Below are positions 46,340 to 58,655 of a DNA stretch of 64,000 nucleotides, in pieces. The DNA is from Malacoraja senta (lineage: Eukaryota). The translations under genes and the position numbers were made by a program. Position 1 is the first letter of the stretch, and every line of letters starts with the position of its first letter. Where the stretch lies: assembly GCA_038087875.1 (NCBI GenBank), contig CM075989.1, positions 24,926,001 through 24,990,000 on the forward strand, in the 5' to 3' direction. The notes beneath the pieces were generated by a model. It made no database searches. It was given only the letters and a program-made list of their open reading frames with translations, and was not told the origin of the DNA.

Positions 46340-46367
46340 CTGAGGAAGGGTCTCGATCCGAAACGTC
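46340..46367 (+). ncRNA. Minimal type-I hammerhead ribozyme-like motif inside a 98-bp solo pLTR insertion (46333-46430)
   Basis: CUGAGGA-A-GGGUCUCGAUCC-GAAAC-GUC; the insertion is flanked by an 11-bp direct repeat TCTACTGGAGA (46322-46332, 46431-46441). Confidence 0.55.
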
Positions 46368-46845
46368 ACCCATTCCTTCTCTCCAGAGATGCTGCCTGTC
46401 CCGCTGAGTTACTTCAGCTTTTTGTGTCTATCTACTGGAGACTTGTTCAGGATATCAACATTGTCCACCCAGAAACATACAGGTGACAGATGCCAAGGCA
46501 GACAGTTTGTTAGCTCTGCTTGTGATGGCACCAGTTGGGATGAGTGGTTGCCCACATCTACAGCTCCTGCTGGACTTTCCAGTTCGTGGGTGTCCTCATC
46601 ACTATGCATGTAGCAAATGAAGAATCCCCAAGAATGCTAATCAATGTCAACGGTGTCTTCCTGTCACATGTCAGTGTGGTGAAACCACAAAGATCTTTAT
46701 GTAGCTGTACACAGTATTAACAATCCCCTCATTCAGTGGCAGTCTGTCCTCCTGAATCAGTCTGCATCTCAACATAGACTGACTTCTGACTCATCAGAGA
46801 AGAAGAATCCCGCTTAAAGCACAGCCAATGGTTGAGGCATCTAGA

Positions 46846-47877
46846 GATCTGGGGGCGCTGTTCAGGCAGCAGCCATGTCAGCAGTGCGTCAGTTTTTTCA
46901 ATTTATTTTTATTTTATTATTTTTTTTATTTTTTAGTATGTTTTAAAGTGTGTTTTTAATGTTTCTTTTGGGTATCTTGTGTGGGGGGTGGTGTGGGGGG
47001 GTAAGGGGGAAACCGCTTTGGTCGCCTCCTCCATGGAGAGGCAACTTTTTCCAGGTCGCCTCCCCCGTGGCCTAACATCAAGGATCGGCGCGGCCTTTCC
47101 CGGAGACGTGCCCAGCGCGGCCTTTCCCGGAGACGTGCCCAGGGCTTCAGCGGCGGGCGCAGCGTGGACTCTCGGCGTGGAGCGGGTGAACCCTCGCTGG
47201 GGCTCGCTGGAGGGGAGTGCTCCGTTTCGCTGGCCCGGGGCAGCCGGCAGCCTGAAGTCTCAGCCTGAAGCCGCGGTCTGCAGAGCTCCAGCTGGTGCGG
47301 CGTCTACAGCCCGGGATCCCTCGTGGGGGACCCGGGGGAAGAAGAAGCCATCATTGCCGGCCTGCGGCCAACTTCTACCGCGGGGCCGGCATGGACTTAC
47401 CATCACCTCTGGAGGGGAGCTTCGACCGCCGGCCCTGCAGTCTACGGTGCTTCTGGCTGCGGCGGGGACTTTAAATCTTGACCGCCGGCCTGCGGCCTAC
47501 AACAATCTAAAGCCGCGGTCTCCGGTGAGGAAGAGCCGATCCTGGACTGACTTGGACTCTGGACTCTGGTCCTGTCCACGGGGGGTAATAGAGGAGGACT
47601 GGCCAAATTTTTGTGCCTTCCACCACAGTGATGAATGCTGTGGTGGATGTTTGTGTTACATTTTGTGTGTTCTTTATTATTGTAACGCTGCTGACCCAAT
47701 CCTTGCCGGGTCACTGCTCGTGCGGTCGACCGGTCGGTGCAGAGAGTAGCTTTGAATGTTTGTCTTTTCGTTATGTTGTTTGTGTCCCTTTCTTTTTTAA
47801 AAAAGCTACTGTAATGCGCCCTTTTAAATCGCCCATTGGGGATGAATAAAGTGCTTGATTGATTGATTGATTGATTG
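46846..47877 (+). mobile_element. Unclassified ~1-kb CpG-rich non-autonomous retroelement
   Basis: GC/CpG-rich body without RT motifs; 3' end CCCATTGGGGATGAATAAAG plus (GATT)n; candidate 7-bp TSD ATCTAGA (46839-46845, 47878-47884). Confidence 0.6.
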
Positions 47878-48039
47878 ATCTAGATCATGTGATAGGAGCA
47901 GAATCAGGCCATTCGGCCCATCAAGTCTACTTCCCCATTCAACCATGGCTGATCCATCTCTCCCTCCTAACCCCATTCTCCTGCCTTCTCCCCATAACCC
48001 CTGACACCCATCTTTTAGCTTATCTTTCGAGGTGCAGTG

Positions 48040-48290
48040 AGGGAACAGGCCCTTCGTCCCACCAAGTCCATGCTGACCCCATTACTAGTTCTATCCTACA
48101 CACTGGGGACAATTTACATAGGCCAATTGACCTACAAATCTGCACATGTTTGGAATGTAGGAGGAAACCAGAGCACCCAAAGAAAATCCACGCGGTCACA
48201 GTGAGAACTTACAAATTCTGTACATCTGTAGCCAGGATTGAACCTGGATCTCTAGCGCTGTAAGGCAGCAACTCCGCCGCTGGGCCACAA
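48040..48290 (-). mobile_element. V-SINE (HE1-like)
   Basis: Homologous to the other copies, reverse strand. Confidence 0.7.
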
Positions 48291-49760
48291 ATGTTTTATC
48301 CTTCAATTTTTAAAGTTAAGTATTATTAATAGTTTTTTTATTTGTTATGGCTTTTGGATGCTAAAGAAGGGTGGAATATCAATCACTTTGACAGTATTGG
48401 AATGTATATGTTGTTATAATTTATAGTAACATAATTTATAATACATTTATAAAATAAATATATAAATATTGATATTTAGATATCCCAGAAGACAGTCAAA
48501 TCTGTTGCTGGGGGTGACATCTTCCAGTTAAGTATGAAATGTCTGTACTTCACTTTAGGTCAGGCAGCATCTGTGGAGTGAGACCTAGTTAATGTTTGTG
48601 ACTGGGACTCTTCATCAGAACTGAGCCAGGATAGTCTAGGTAGCACACCAGGGTGGAGAGGGTGATGGGCAGAACAAAGGGAATTACTCTGAAGGTGAAA
48701 CAATGTGGTATGAAGGAGGTTAGGCATTTTCCTGTGTGACGTTGCCAATGTTGATGGTTTGGCTTGTTGGGACATGCCCTGCATGTGAGATCACACGTGA
48801 GAGAAGAAGAACGATAGGGTGACAGACAAAAATAGCCAGCGTGGGGAATGCAAGAGCAAGTCATCCAGAGTTGGATTTACAGACCTACAGATTATAAAAT
48901 GTCTGGTGCTCCTCAAACTAACCTTTGGCTTTCAATGTAACAGTATAGGGGGGCACAGACATGGAGGGCAGGATGGGAGTGTGGAACTACACAGTAACAC
49001 AGCTGGGAGAGCTACATCGCAGTACCAGAGACCCAGGTTCAATCCTGATCTTGGGTGGAGTCTACAAATTCACCTCGTGACCACGTGAGTTACCTTCGGG
49101 TGCTCCGGCTTTCCCCCACATCTCAAAAGACATGCAGGTTGGTAGATTAATTGGCCACTGTATTGTTCCTCGTGTGTAGATGAGTGATAGAATCTAGGGG
49201 GAGTTGATGGGAATGTGGGGAAAATATAAAATGGAATTAATGTAAAGACAAACCACATTTCCCTTCTAACTTAGGAACACAAAACATACAATATTAAGGA
49301 TAAAAATGTATATTTGATTGTGATGGTTGGGAAATAATTTCAAATTAAAGTTGTAATCAGCAACTTCCTGTTCCATCGGGGCATGTGGAATTTATATCAC
49401 CAACATAGTCATGAGGTTTGCTTTGAAGCAGATTCCTTTTTACTGGCCATTGAAACTACTTACATAATGCGATTTGGCAGTATAGCTAGAGTGCTACGAT
49501 CTTGCTTCATGTGCAAGTAAACAAAATGTTCTCTTGGATTCACTGCTGTCTGCTTCTGTAGGTAGTATTAATATGCATATGATGCAATGCTGACAGACTT
49601 TTTTATCATTAATGTTTTTATGAGAGTTATAAAAGAAACCATGTATTCCAGAGCTTTCACTCACTTGCCTGATAACCTGGAAAATTCTCATGGGTAGAAA
49701 GAAAGAACTGGAGAAACATCACCGATTCATGTTGTCCAGAGATAGAAACATAGAAAATAG

Positions 49761-51593
49761 TTCAAGTTCAAGTTCAAGTGAGTTTATTGTCATGTGTCCC
49801 TGATAGGACAATGAAATTCTTGCTTTGCTTCAGCACAACAGAACATAGTAGGCATTGACTACAAGGCATTCTATAAATATATACACAATGGTCAATATAC
49901 TGATAAAGTGCAAATAACAGTATTGGCTAATAAAGTTCAGTGTTATGTCCGAGCCAGGTTTAATAGCCTGATGGCTGTGGGGAAGTAGCTATTCCTGAAC
50001 CTGGTCGTTGCAGTCTTCAGGCTCCTGTACCTTCTACCTGAAGGTAGTAGGGAGATGAGTGTGTGGCCAGGATGGTGTGGGTCCTTGATGATACTGCCAG
50101 CCTTTTTGAGGCAGCGACTGTGATAGATCCCCTCGATGGAAGTGAGGTCAGAGCCGATGATGGACTGGGCAGTGTTTACTACTTTTTGTAGTCTTTTCCT
50201 CTCCAGGGCGCTCAAGTTGCCGAACCAAGCCACGATGCAACCGGTCAGAATGCTCTCTACTGTGCACCTGTAGAAGTTAGAGAGAGTCCTCCTTGACAAA
50301 CCGACTCTCCGTAATCTTCTCAGGAAGTAGAGGCGCTGATGTGCTTTCTTAATAATGGCATCAGTGTTCTCGGACCAGGAAAGATCTTCAGAGGTGTGCA
50401 CGCCAAGGAATTTGAAGCTCTTGACCCTTTCAACCATCGACCCGTTGATATAAACGGGACTGTGTGTCCCCATACTACTCCTTCCAAAGTCCACAATCAG
50501 TTCCTTGGTTTTGCTGGTGTTGAGGGCCAGGTTATTGTGCTGGCACCATATGGACAGTTGCTTGATCTCTCTTCTATACTCTGACTCATCCCCATCAGTG
50601 ATACGTCCCACAATAGTGGTGTCGTCAGCGAACTTGATGATGGAGTTCGCACTATGTCCGGCTACACAGTCATGAGTATAGAGTGAGTACAGCAGGGGGC
50701 TGAGCACGCAGCCTTGAGGTGCTCCCGTGCTGATTGTTATCGAGTCTGACACATTTCCACCAATACGAACAGACTGTGGTCTGAGAGTGAGGAAGTCGAG
50801 GATCTAATTGCAGAGGGATGCGCAGAGACCCAGTTCTGCGAGTTTGGTAACCAGCTTGGAGGGGATGATTGTATTAAATGTAATCGATGAATAACAGCCT
50901 GACATATGAGTTTTTGTTGTCCAAGTGGTCCAGAGCGGAGTGGAGGGCCAGCGAGATCACATTCACCATTGATCTGTTGTGGCGGTAAACGAACTGCAGT
51001 GGGTCCAGGTTTTTGTCGAGGTAGGAGTTGATCTGCGTCATGATCAACCTCTCAAAGCACTGCATCACCACAGGCGTTAGTGCCACAGGTCGATAGTAAT
51101 TGAGGCATGTCACCTTACTCTTCTTGGGCACTGGTATAATTGATGCCCTTTTGAAGCAGGTGGGAACCTCAGACCTCAGAAGTGAGAGGTTGAAAATGTC
51201 CGTAAAAACTCCAGCCAGTTGGTCCGCACAGGTTTTTAGAACACAACCAGGTATACCATCAGGTCCAGTCGCTTTTCAAGGGTTCACCCCTCTGAAGGAT
51301 TTCCTGATGTCGGCCTCTGTGACTGAGACTGAAGTACCATCACAGCGAATGGGGGCTCGGGAAGGCACATCGGTGTTCTCCCTATCAAAGCGTGCGTAGA
51401 ACGCATTGAGCTCATCAGTGAGTGATGTTTCGCCGACATTCGAGCTGCCTCCTGATTTCGACTTGTAAGAGGTGATTGCATTCAGGCCCTGCCACAGCCG
51501 CCGAACATCTGTCTCTTCCTCCAGTTTGGAGCAGAAGTCCCTTTTGGCCTTTTTGATGGCCTTACCAAGGTCGTATCTGGACTTCTTGTAGGC
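49761..51593 (-). mobile_element. 5'-truncated Rex1/Babar-type LINE (RT plus linker), with several frameshifts or stops
   Basis: ORFs 49943-50752 and 50874-51131 carry the same RT motifs as the 16.3 kb copy; upstream linker AYKKSRYDLGKAIKKAKRDFCSKLE; (CTTGAA)n tail at 49761-49778. Confidence 0.88.
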
Positions 51594-51649
51594 CGTTTGG
51601 TGCAGGAGTAGGCCGTTTGGCCCTTCGAGCCAGCACCGCCATTCAAATA

Positions 51650-52004
51650 GCGTTTGGACACGCTAGAGGCAGGAAACATGTTCCCAATGTTGGGGAAATC
51701 CAGAACCAGGGGCCACAGTTTAAGAATAAGGGGTAAGCCATTTAGAACGTAGATGAGGAAATACTTTTTCACACAGAGAGTTGTGAGTCTGTGGAATTCT
51801 CTGCCTCAGAGGGCGGTGGAGGCCGGTTCTCTGGATGCTTTCAAGAGAGAGTTAGATAGAGCTCTTAAAGATAGCAGAGTCAAGGGATATGGGGAGAAGG
51901 CAGGAACGGGGCACTGATTGTGGATGATCAGCCATGGTCACATTGAATGGCGGTGCTGGCTCAAAGGGCCGAATGGCCTGTTCTTGCATCTATTGTCTAT
52001 TGTC
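51650..52004 (+). mobile_element. CR1-clade LINE 3' fragment nested in an opposite-strand CR1 tail
   Basis: Highly similar to 33632-33988; host sequence resumes at 52005 (AATATGATCCTGGCTGATCATCC). Confidence 0.8.
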
Positions 52005-52154
52005 AATATGATCCTGGCTGATCATCCAAATCAGTACCCCATTCTGGCTTTCCCCCCATATCCCTTGATTCCCTTAGTCCTAAGAGCTAAATCTCTCTCT
52101 TGAAAACAAACAGTGAATTGGCCTCTGTGGCAGAGAATTCCACAGATTCACAAC

Positions 52155-52425
52155 TTGGAGGAACAGCACCACATATTTGGCTTAGGTAGTTTACACCCCA
52201 GCGGTATGAACATTGACTTCTGCAATTTCAGGTAGTCCTTGCTTTCTCCCTCCTTCCCCTCCCCTTCCCAGCTCTCCCACAGCCGACTGTCTCAGCCTCT
52301 TCCTTTCTTTTTCCCGCCCCAGTGACATCAGTCTGAAGAAGGGTCTCGACCCGAAACGTCACCTATTCCTTCTCTCCATAGATGCTGCCTCACCCGCTGA
52401 GTTTCTCCAGGATTTTTGGCTACCT
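52155..52425 (+). mobile_element. Penelope-like element 3' fragment with intact hammerhead core
   Basis: LEEQHHIFGLGSLHPSGMNIDFCNFR*, then pLTR containing CTGAAGAAGGGTCTCGACCCGAAACGTC (52333-52360). Confidence 0.8.
52333..52360 (+). ncRNA. Minimal type-I hammerhead ribozyme-like motif (PLE-associated)
   Basis: Core CUGAAGA, extra A, stem II GGGU-CUCG-ACCC, GAAA, palindromic ACGU stem III, GUC cleavage triplet. Stem I pairing is weak. Confidence 0.6.
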
Positions 52426-55324
52426 CGAGTTGTTTCTGTTGTGTTTTTAAATATGTTACATAAGTTTTGACGCTTTAAGTTTCTTCAGAACAGGTGGCAA
52501 TTTAATAGATACGCACAAGCAGCCACTTCCTGATTTTAGCAACCTACTCCTTGCCAAAAATAGCTTCTGCAGTAAAGATTTAGTCATTACTGGCATAAGG
52601 GAAAAGAAAATCTCGAAATAACCTGTCTGCATTACGTAGCATGCAATGCTGCAATCTTTTATTAATATTAATGTGGGTATTTCAGAGCTGAATGCAGGAA
52701 AAGCCTCAGGCAGCTGATATTGCCAGCCTTTGGATTAAGCACTGGTATATAGTTGGTGATTCCTGAAAAAATGGTGAGAAAAGGTTTTTCACAAGGTTTT
52801 TTATTATGAGTAGAATTATGGAGTGTGGAAATATGTTTAGGAAGACCTTTTTCCCATGGTCTCTTATAGATTGTAGGGGACCTCTCCCCCCCCCCCCCCT
52901 CCCCTCCCCTCCCCCCCTCCCCTCCCCCTGTTTTATGGCTGTTGGCAGATCAATTTCCCTCCTGGGAAAAATAACGTTCTATCGTATCGTATCGCTTGAA
53001 CATATTCACCAATTTTGATCAATATCAACAAGTCTCTTCTCAGTATGTCCAGGGAATAGTTATTTTTGAAATGACAAATTCATTGACAAATTTGATTGGA
53101 AAGAATAAAACGTTACAAGTGTCCTCGCAGCCAATATAATGGGTGGATCACCAGGAGCTCAGCTCTGTGAGTATAGTGGGTGGATCACCAGGAGCTCTGT
53201 GTGTATGTGGCAGTGACAACACTCTTTAATTTAAACAAGTAACCACTTTGAGGTTTGTGGTAAGTTCAGGGCTCATTTAAAAGAACGATGTATTATTAAA
53301 AAGAACATTTAAATCTTCATTGCAGGAAGTAAACATGAAGCCAAACAGAGAATACAAAGTGAACTATACTGGAAGAATAGAACAGTAAGTGAAGGTTTCC
53401 ATGGGGATGTTGGCCAGAACGACTACAATAGAACAGGAATATCTGCAAATTGATGAACTTATAGGAAGAATCGAATGATGAAACTCAGTAGTTTTGACCA
53501 AAAACAGAATCTACAAAATAGTGAACAATAACAGACAACAGAGAAATGGAAGAATTTGGTGAAGGCAGGGATGTTTTACACATATTGTCCAGGAATATGT
53601 AAGAGATAGTAGAAACTAATTTATTTGATAACAACTTTATATATATAATTTTTGATGTGCAGTATTTATTATAATGTAGGTTAGATGGTTACCACAGCTA
53701 CCACAAACTGCAAAATGATAATTGGATAGACCTCCATCGGCCTTTATTTGGTGAACACTTGGTGATGAACGGTTAGTGAAATGAGTTCCATTGATTTCAT
53801 ACGGTCATAGTTATAGTCATACAGCGCAGAACAGGCCCTCCAACCAAACTTGCCCATGCTGACCATGATGCCCCATCTACATTGGCTCCACCTGCCTGCG
53901 TTTGGCCCATATCCCTCTAAACCTTTTATATCCATGTACCTGTCAAATGTGTTTTAACTTTTTACAATAGTACAGTGAATTGATATGGTGGAATTAGCTT
54001 AATAAAGCAAACATTGCCATATAATACATCATGAGCACTCAGCAGAGGATAAATTCTAATAGTTGGAATAGATGTTTGGTTGTGATTAGCTCCTTCTTTA
54101 AATGAGGGAGCATTCCTTACTTACATTTTGCGATTCCTGTTCCAAGACTCTAGAATCCCATAAACAACAGAATGATAAACTCAGAGTGTCAAATCTTCAT
54201 GCTAACAGTGGAGGTATAGATCTTGACCCAATACTCCTACTCTGGGTAGACAAAAATGCTGGAGAAACTCAGCGGGTGCGGCTGCATCTCGACGTTTTGG
54301 GTCGAGACCCTTCTTCAGACGGGTCTGCTCTGGGTAGTGCTTTAGGACCTTTTATATCTCATTTCAAAGACAAGAATTTCACACTGAAGTGTCAGACACG
54401 ATCAAAGCATGTGGAATGATAACAGAACACACAAACTTCACAAAGAATGTGAAGAACTACCTTCCACTGGGCCAGAGATGAAACTATTTATACTTAACAC
54501 ATTTTCCATTTTTCTCTTTGCACATTTAAAACTTGTTGACTGAGCTCCCTCGTCTTGAAGGAGAATGTCAGGTCAGGCCAGTTCAGTTTAGTTTATTGTC
54601 ACGTATAGCAAGGTACAGTGAGAAGATTTTGTAGCGTGCTAACCAGTCAACACAAAGACAATACATAATTCCAATTGAGTCAGTTACAGTGTATAGATAC
54701 TTGATAAGGGAATAATGTTTAATGCAAGGTAAAGCAAGCAAAGTCTGATCAAGGATAGTCCGAGGGTCACCATAAAAGTAGTCTGTCGTCCAGCACTGCT
54801 CTCTGGTTTTGGGCATTGCATAAAAGGTCATTGATAGCTTTAACTTGTTCGTTGATAAATATGAATGGTCTGAACATTTCCATCATGACTGCGCTTCACT
54901 GACGTGCTACTAGATTGTACTGTTTAGCAGTCCTTGGACTGAATGCATTTAGCAGATGTTTCATGAAGACTGTCCCTTTAATGAATCACTTTGTCGGTGG
55001 GGGCAGGAAAGCACAATCACATGGTTTCACCCAAACTGTCTCTGAAAGGAACGGGCGTCTCCATTATTTTTCCCGGTTGACTGGGCAACAAAACTATTTT
55101 CTTTTGTTTTTTTCCTCCCTCCTTAAATTCCCTTCCCCTCCCTTCATTAACCGGCTGTTGTGCATTTTGAATAGTTAGTTACATAAGAATACCACAGGCT
55201 GCCTCAGATTTGGCGAGTTCCCTTCCTCATTGGTACAGAGAGGCTGGTACTGGAGCAGTACTGTGGACCCAGTGAGGGTACCTGCCTGCTGCCAGCAACT
55301 CCACCAACGTGCCATCCCACGTGG

Positions 55325-55730
55325 CAAAAAATACAAATGTTGCAGGAACTCAGCCAGTCGATCGGCATCTGTGGAAAGAGAAACCAATGAACGTTTTGGG
55401 TCCGGGATCCTTCCTCACAATTGGGGGGAAGAGTGGAGGGGGTTAGTCTTCAAAACCGAGCTGGGGGGAGGCGAAACACTCTATGGAGATTGGACAACAG
55501 AGCTGGACTACTGACCATTTGGGGGTATTTTGCAGAGATTCAGTAAGAAAGGTACATCGGTGTAATAATGGGAACTGAGAAGAAAAAGTCTACCTAGAGT
55601 TTGAAAATTCAACATTTATTCCAGAGGGCCACAAAGTGCCCAGACGGAGAGTAAAATGTTGTTCCACCTGTTTATATTGAGCCTCCCTACGATAGTGGGC
55701 AAGGATGCAGCTGAAGAGGTCAGTGTAGGG
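55325..55730 (-). mobile_element. Old Penelope-like remnant (GIY-YIG end plus decayed pLTR)
   Basis: ORF 55590-55799 ends ILAHYRREAQYKQVEQHFTLRLGTLWPSGINVEFSNSR; pLTR-like sequence at 55325-55420. Confidence 0.6.
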
Positions 55731-56286
55731 GTGGCATTTAGAAGTAGTGACCATTGAACCTTTCCCAGCTCCTGCTCTTACGGCCCCAGTCCACACCATA
55801 CAACTCCCCCCCCCTCATATCCCACCCTTCCCACCCCCTCATCTCCCCATTACTCACTACACACCCTCCCCCCCCCTCCTCCCCCCATGCTCTCATTCTC
55901 CCCAACCCTTCCCCACCCCTGCTAGGGTCTCAGGGTGGATATTTACCACTGCCCTATGCACCCTCTCAGCTGGATGAAAAATATCCCAAGCACAAATACA
56001 CTCCCTAGCGACTGGTGATTTAATACAGCATTACTAATCAGTTTCTGTGGTCACTGCTTTTACAGACCTTGTTACTAGCTGGTTCCCTATCTTATAAAAA
56101 TGCCTACCCTTCAGGAAAGAATATTTAATTGTAATTAACTACCTTGTAGGGTCCCAATTGTGAAAGTTTTTACAGACATGCAACTTGTTCTACTTGACAA
56201 CTGACAGAGTGGGGCGTTCATTCATTACTGACACATTGCCAGCATTCAGCACTGTAGCTTTCCCTGCATTAATTGTTGATGAGAAC

Positions 56287-56572
56287 CAGAGAGAGAGAGA
56301 GGGAGAGAGAGAGGGGGAGAGAGAAAGAGGGGTGGGAGAGAGAAAGAGGGAGAAGGGGGAGAGAGAGAAGGAGAGGGGGAGAGAGAGAAGGAGAGGGGGG
56401 GAGAGAGAGAAGGAGAGGGGGGGAGAGAGAGAAAGAGCGGGAGAGAGAGAAAGGGGAGAGAGAGAAAGAAAAGGGAGAAAGGGGAGGGTGAGGGAGAGGG
56501 GGAGGGTGAGGGAGAGGGGGAGGGGGAGGGGGAGGGAGAGGGTGAGGGAGAGAGACATGGGGAGGGAGAGAG
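56287..56572 (+). repeat. Polypurine (GA-rich) tract
   Basis: About 285 nt almost exclusively G/A. Confidence 0.9.
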
Positions 56573-58384
56573 CACAGCAACATCTCAGGACAGAGCCAGA
56601 CTCAATTAATCCCTACAAAGAATGAAAATAACTTGCCAGTCTTATGAGGGAATGAGAGAAGTGTAGTTTTTAGACAGAGTCCAGATAACATGCAAGTGTT
56701 TCTGCACACTGACAGCAGGCCTGAAGTCCCTCTGTAGTTATACCATGGCTGCTCCTACAGACAGGGGAATGGCCATGTAAGTTTTCAAGAATGCATTTTG
56801 AACTGTGTTTTCGGTGCGTCTTGCATCCAGTGAGATTTCCTGTCCCAGTAAGGTGGGGACAGTTAGCACACCCTGTCCCCTGCTCCAACGACCCTGGAAC
56901 GTTGCACAGTGTCAGCGATGGGAACCAGGATATTGTACGTGTAGAATGCACACTGTGGAAAAGAGGAAACTGCTCCTTTCACACCTACACTTGGCTATTT
57001 CAATGGGGACAAAAATAGACCACCAATCCAGCCAGAGTCCTCCGCCCTAAAAAACACCTCTAAAAATGACATGTAGAAAAAGGAGCAGCCTCCCTTGCTA
57101 ACAATAGCAAATAACGTGTAGCCTCTAAACCACATCTGGTGAACTGCATCCAACTGATCAGTTCAGGGTTCATTATCATGTTTGAATAAATCTGCTTGAC
57201 ATGTGCCTTTGCCAGTAATAATTAATGTGCATTATTATTTAAAATAAATTCATCCTGTTGTGTATCAATATACTTGACTGTATTTCAGACTGAACTGTGT
57301 GGAGAGATGTGAATGCGAACAAGCCCAAATACCAGCACTCTTTGTCAGCTCTCTGGGTAGAAAGCAAATGCCTTTCATCATGATGTTGATTCTTGCAGGA
57401 GGGATGTTAGCATTATACTTCTATTGTGTTTCTATTCAGGACTAATCAGAAAGCTCCTCAATGGCAACTGTCTTAGTTGTGGGAGAGACATCAAGTGTGC
57501 AACGAGTGAATATCTCGCGGTCTGGCCTCCATCATACAACTGTTGCATGGTGTCCTGCCAGCCATGATCCGAAACTAATGGATCATTAACAGAACTAATT
57601 TCCATGAAGACTAATCATTTTCCCAACACCTTTTCTATCTTTATCATATCACACACAAACAGCTTCCCTCTGGACTGAGGCCAATCTACTTGACCAATGT
57701 CCACATATATTACAAGCAGCAATTACTGGAAAATGATCAAGAATCCAAACCAGGACTGATCTTGCCATTTCCCTTCCAAGACAGTAAAGAAAAAAATAAC
57801 GTCACTGCAAATTGATCTGGAAACACCTCATGATGCTGCCTGTTTCTTTACAAGCAAGCAGGCAAAGGAACAAAAGAATGCAAATTAATACTGTATAGAG
57901 AAGTGGAAAGTGTTAAAAGCACTTTCATAAATCACTTTGTTTCAAAATCTTGCTCCTTATTCAAATTCAAAAACGCCACCACTAAATCTTATAATTTAAA
58001 TTAATTTTCAATCCTTTTTGTTTCATGAGTGGTTCATATTATATCTGCAAATACATTCCCCTACATAAAAATCATTTATGGGTTGGACCAGAAGAAATAA
58101 AAGAGGTTAATTTTCATTGGAAGTTTTTTAAGTTGTGCTGGCTTTTGGACATGTTTTTATTGAAAGCCTATTCACAATATTCCATGAAAAATAAATCTAT
58201 TTCTAATTTAAATAAAAAACGAAGTGATTATTTAATAAAGAATAACCAACAATGTCAGCAGTAAACTACACTTTGAAGAGAAAGAAAGGAAAGTAACCCA
58301 GTTTAAAGAAACAATAAAAAAAAAGGCAACTGAGTAAGTATACCTTGCAAATATGTCTTTTATTGAAGGGTGAGTGAATGAAGG

Positions 58385-58655
58385 GTGACACAGTGGCACA
58401 GTGACAGAGTTGCAGCCTTAAAGCGCCAGAGACCTGACTATAGGTGCTGTCTGTATAGAGTTTGTACATTCTCCCTGTGACCATGGGGTTTTCTCTGGGT
58501 GTTCTGGTTTCCTCCCACATTTCACAGATGTGCAAATAAGTTAATTGGCTTCTGTAAATTGTCCCTAGTGTGTTGGATAGATCTAGCAATCGCTGGTTGG
58601 TGTGAACTCACTGGGCCAAAGGGCCTGTTTCCACATTGTATCTCTAAAAACTAAG
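58385..58655 (+). mobile_element. V-SINE (HE1-like)
   Basis: CAGTGGCACAGTGACAGAGTTGCAGCCTTAAAGCGCCAGAGACC, V-domain, GGGCCAAAGGGCCTGTTTCCAC tail. Confidence 0.75.

Noticed and set aside
46979..47749. 256-aa ORF
   Set aside because: GTG start, GC-driven stop depletion and no recognisable domain; it lies inside a repeat-like element.
53326..53384. Plus-strand exon-like segment (cattgcag/...ACA/gtaagt; EVNMKPNREYKVNYTGRIE)
   Set aside because: Isolated, with no recognisable homology or partner exons; chance or a lncRNA cannot be distinguished without RNA-seq.
56185..56625. Arg/Glu-rich and Leu/Ser/Pro-rich ORFs
   Set aside because: They are translations of the polypurine tract.
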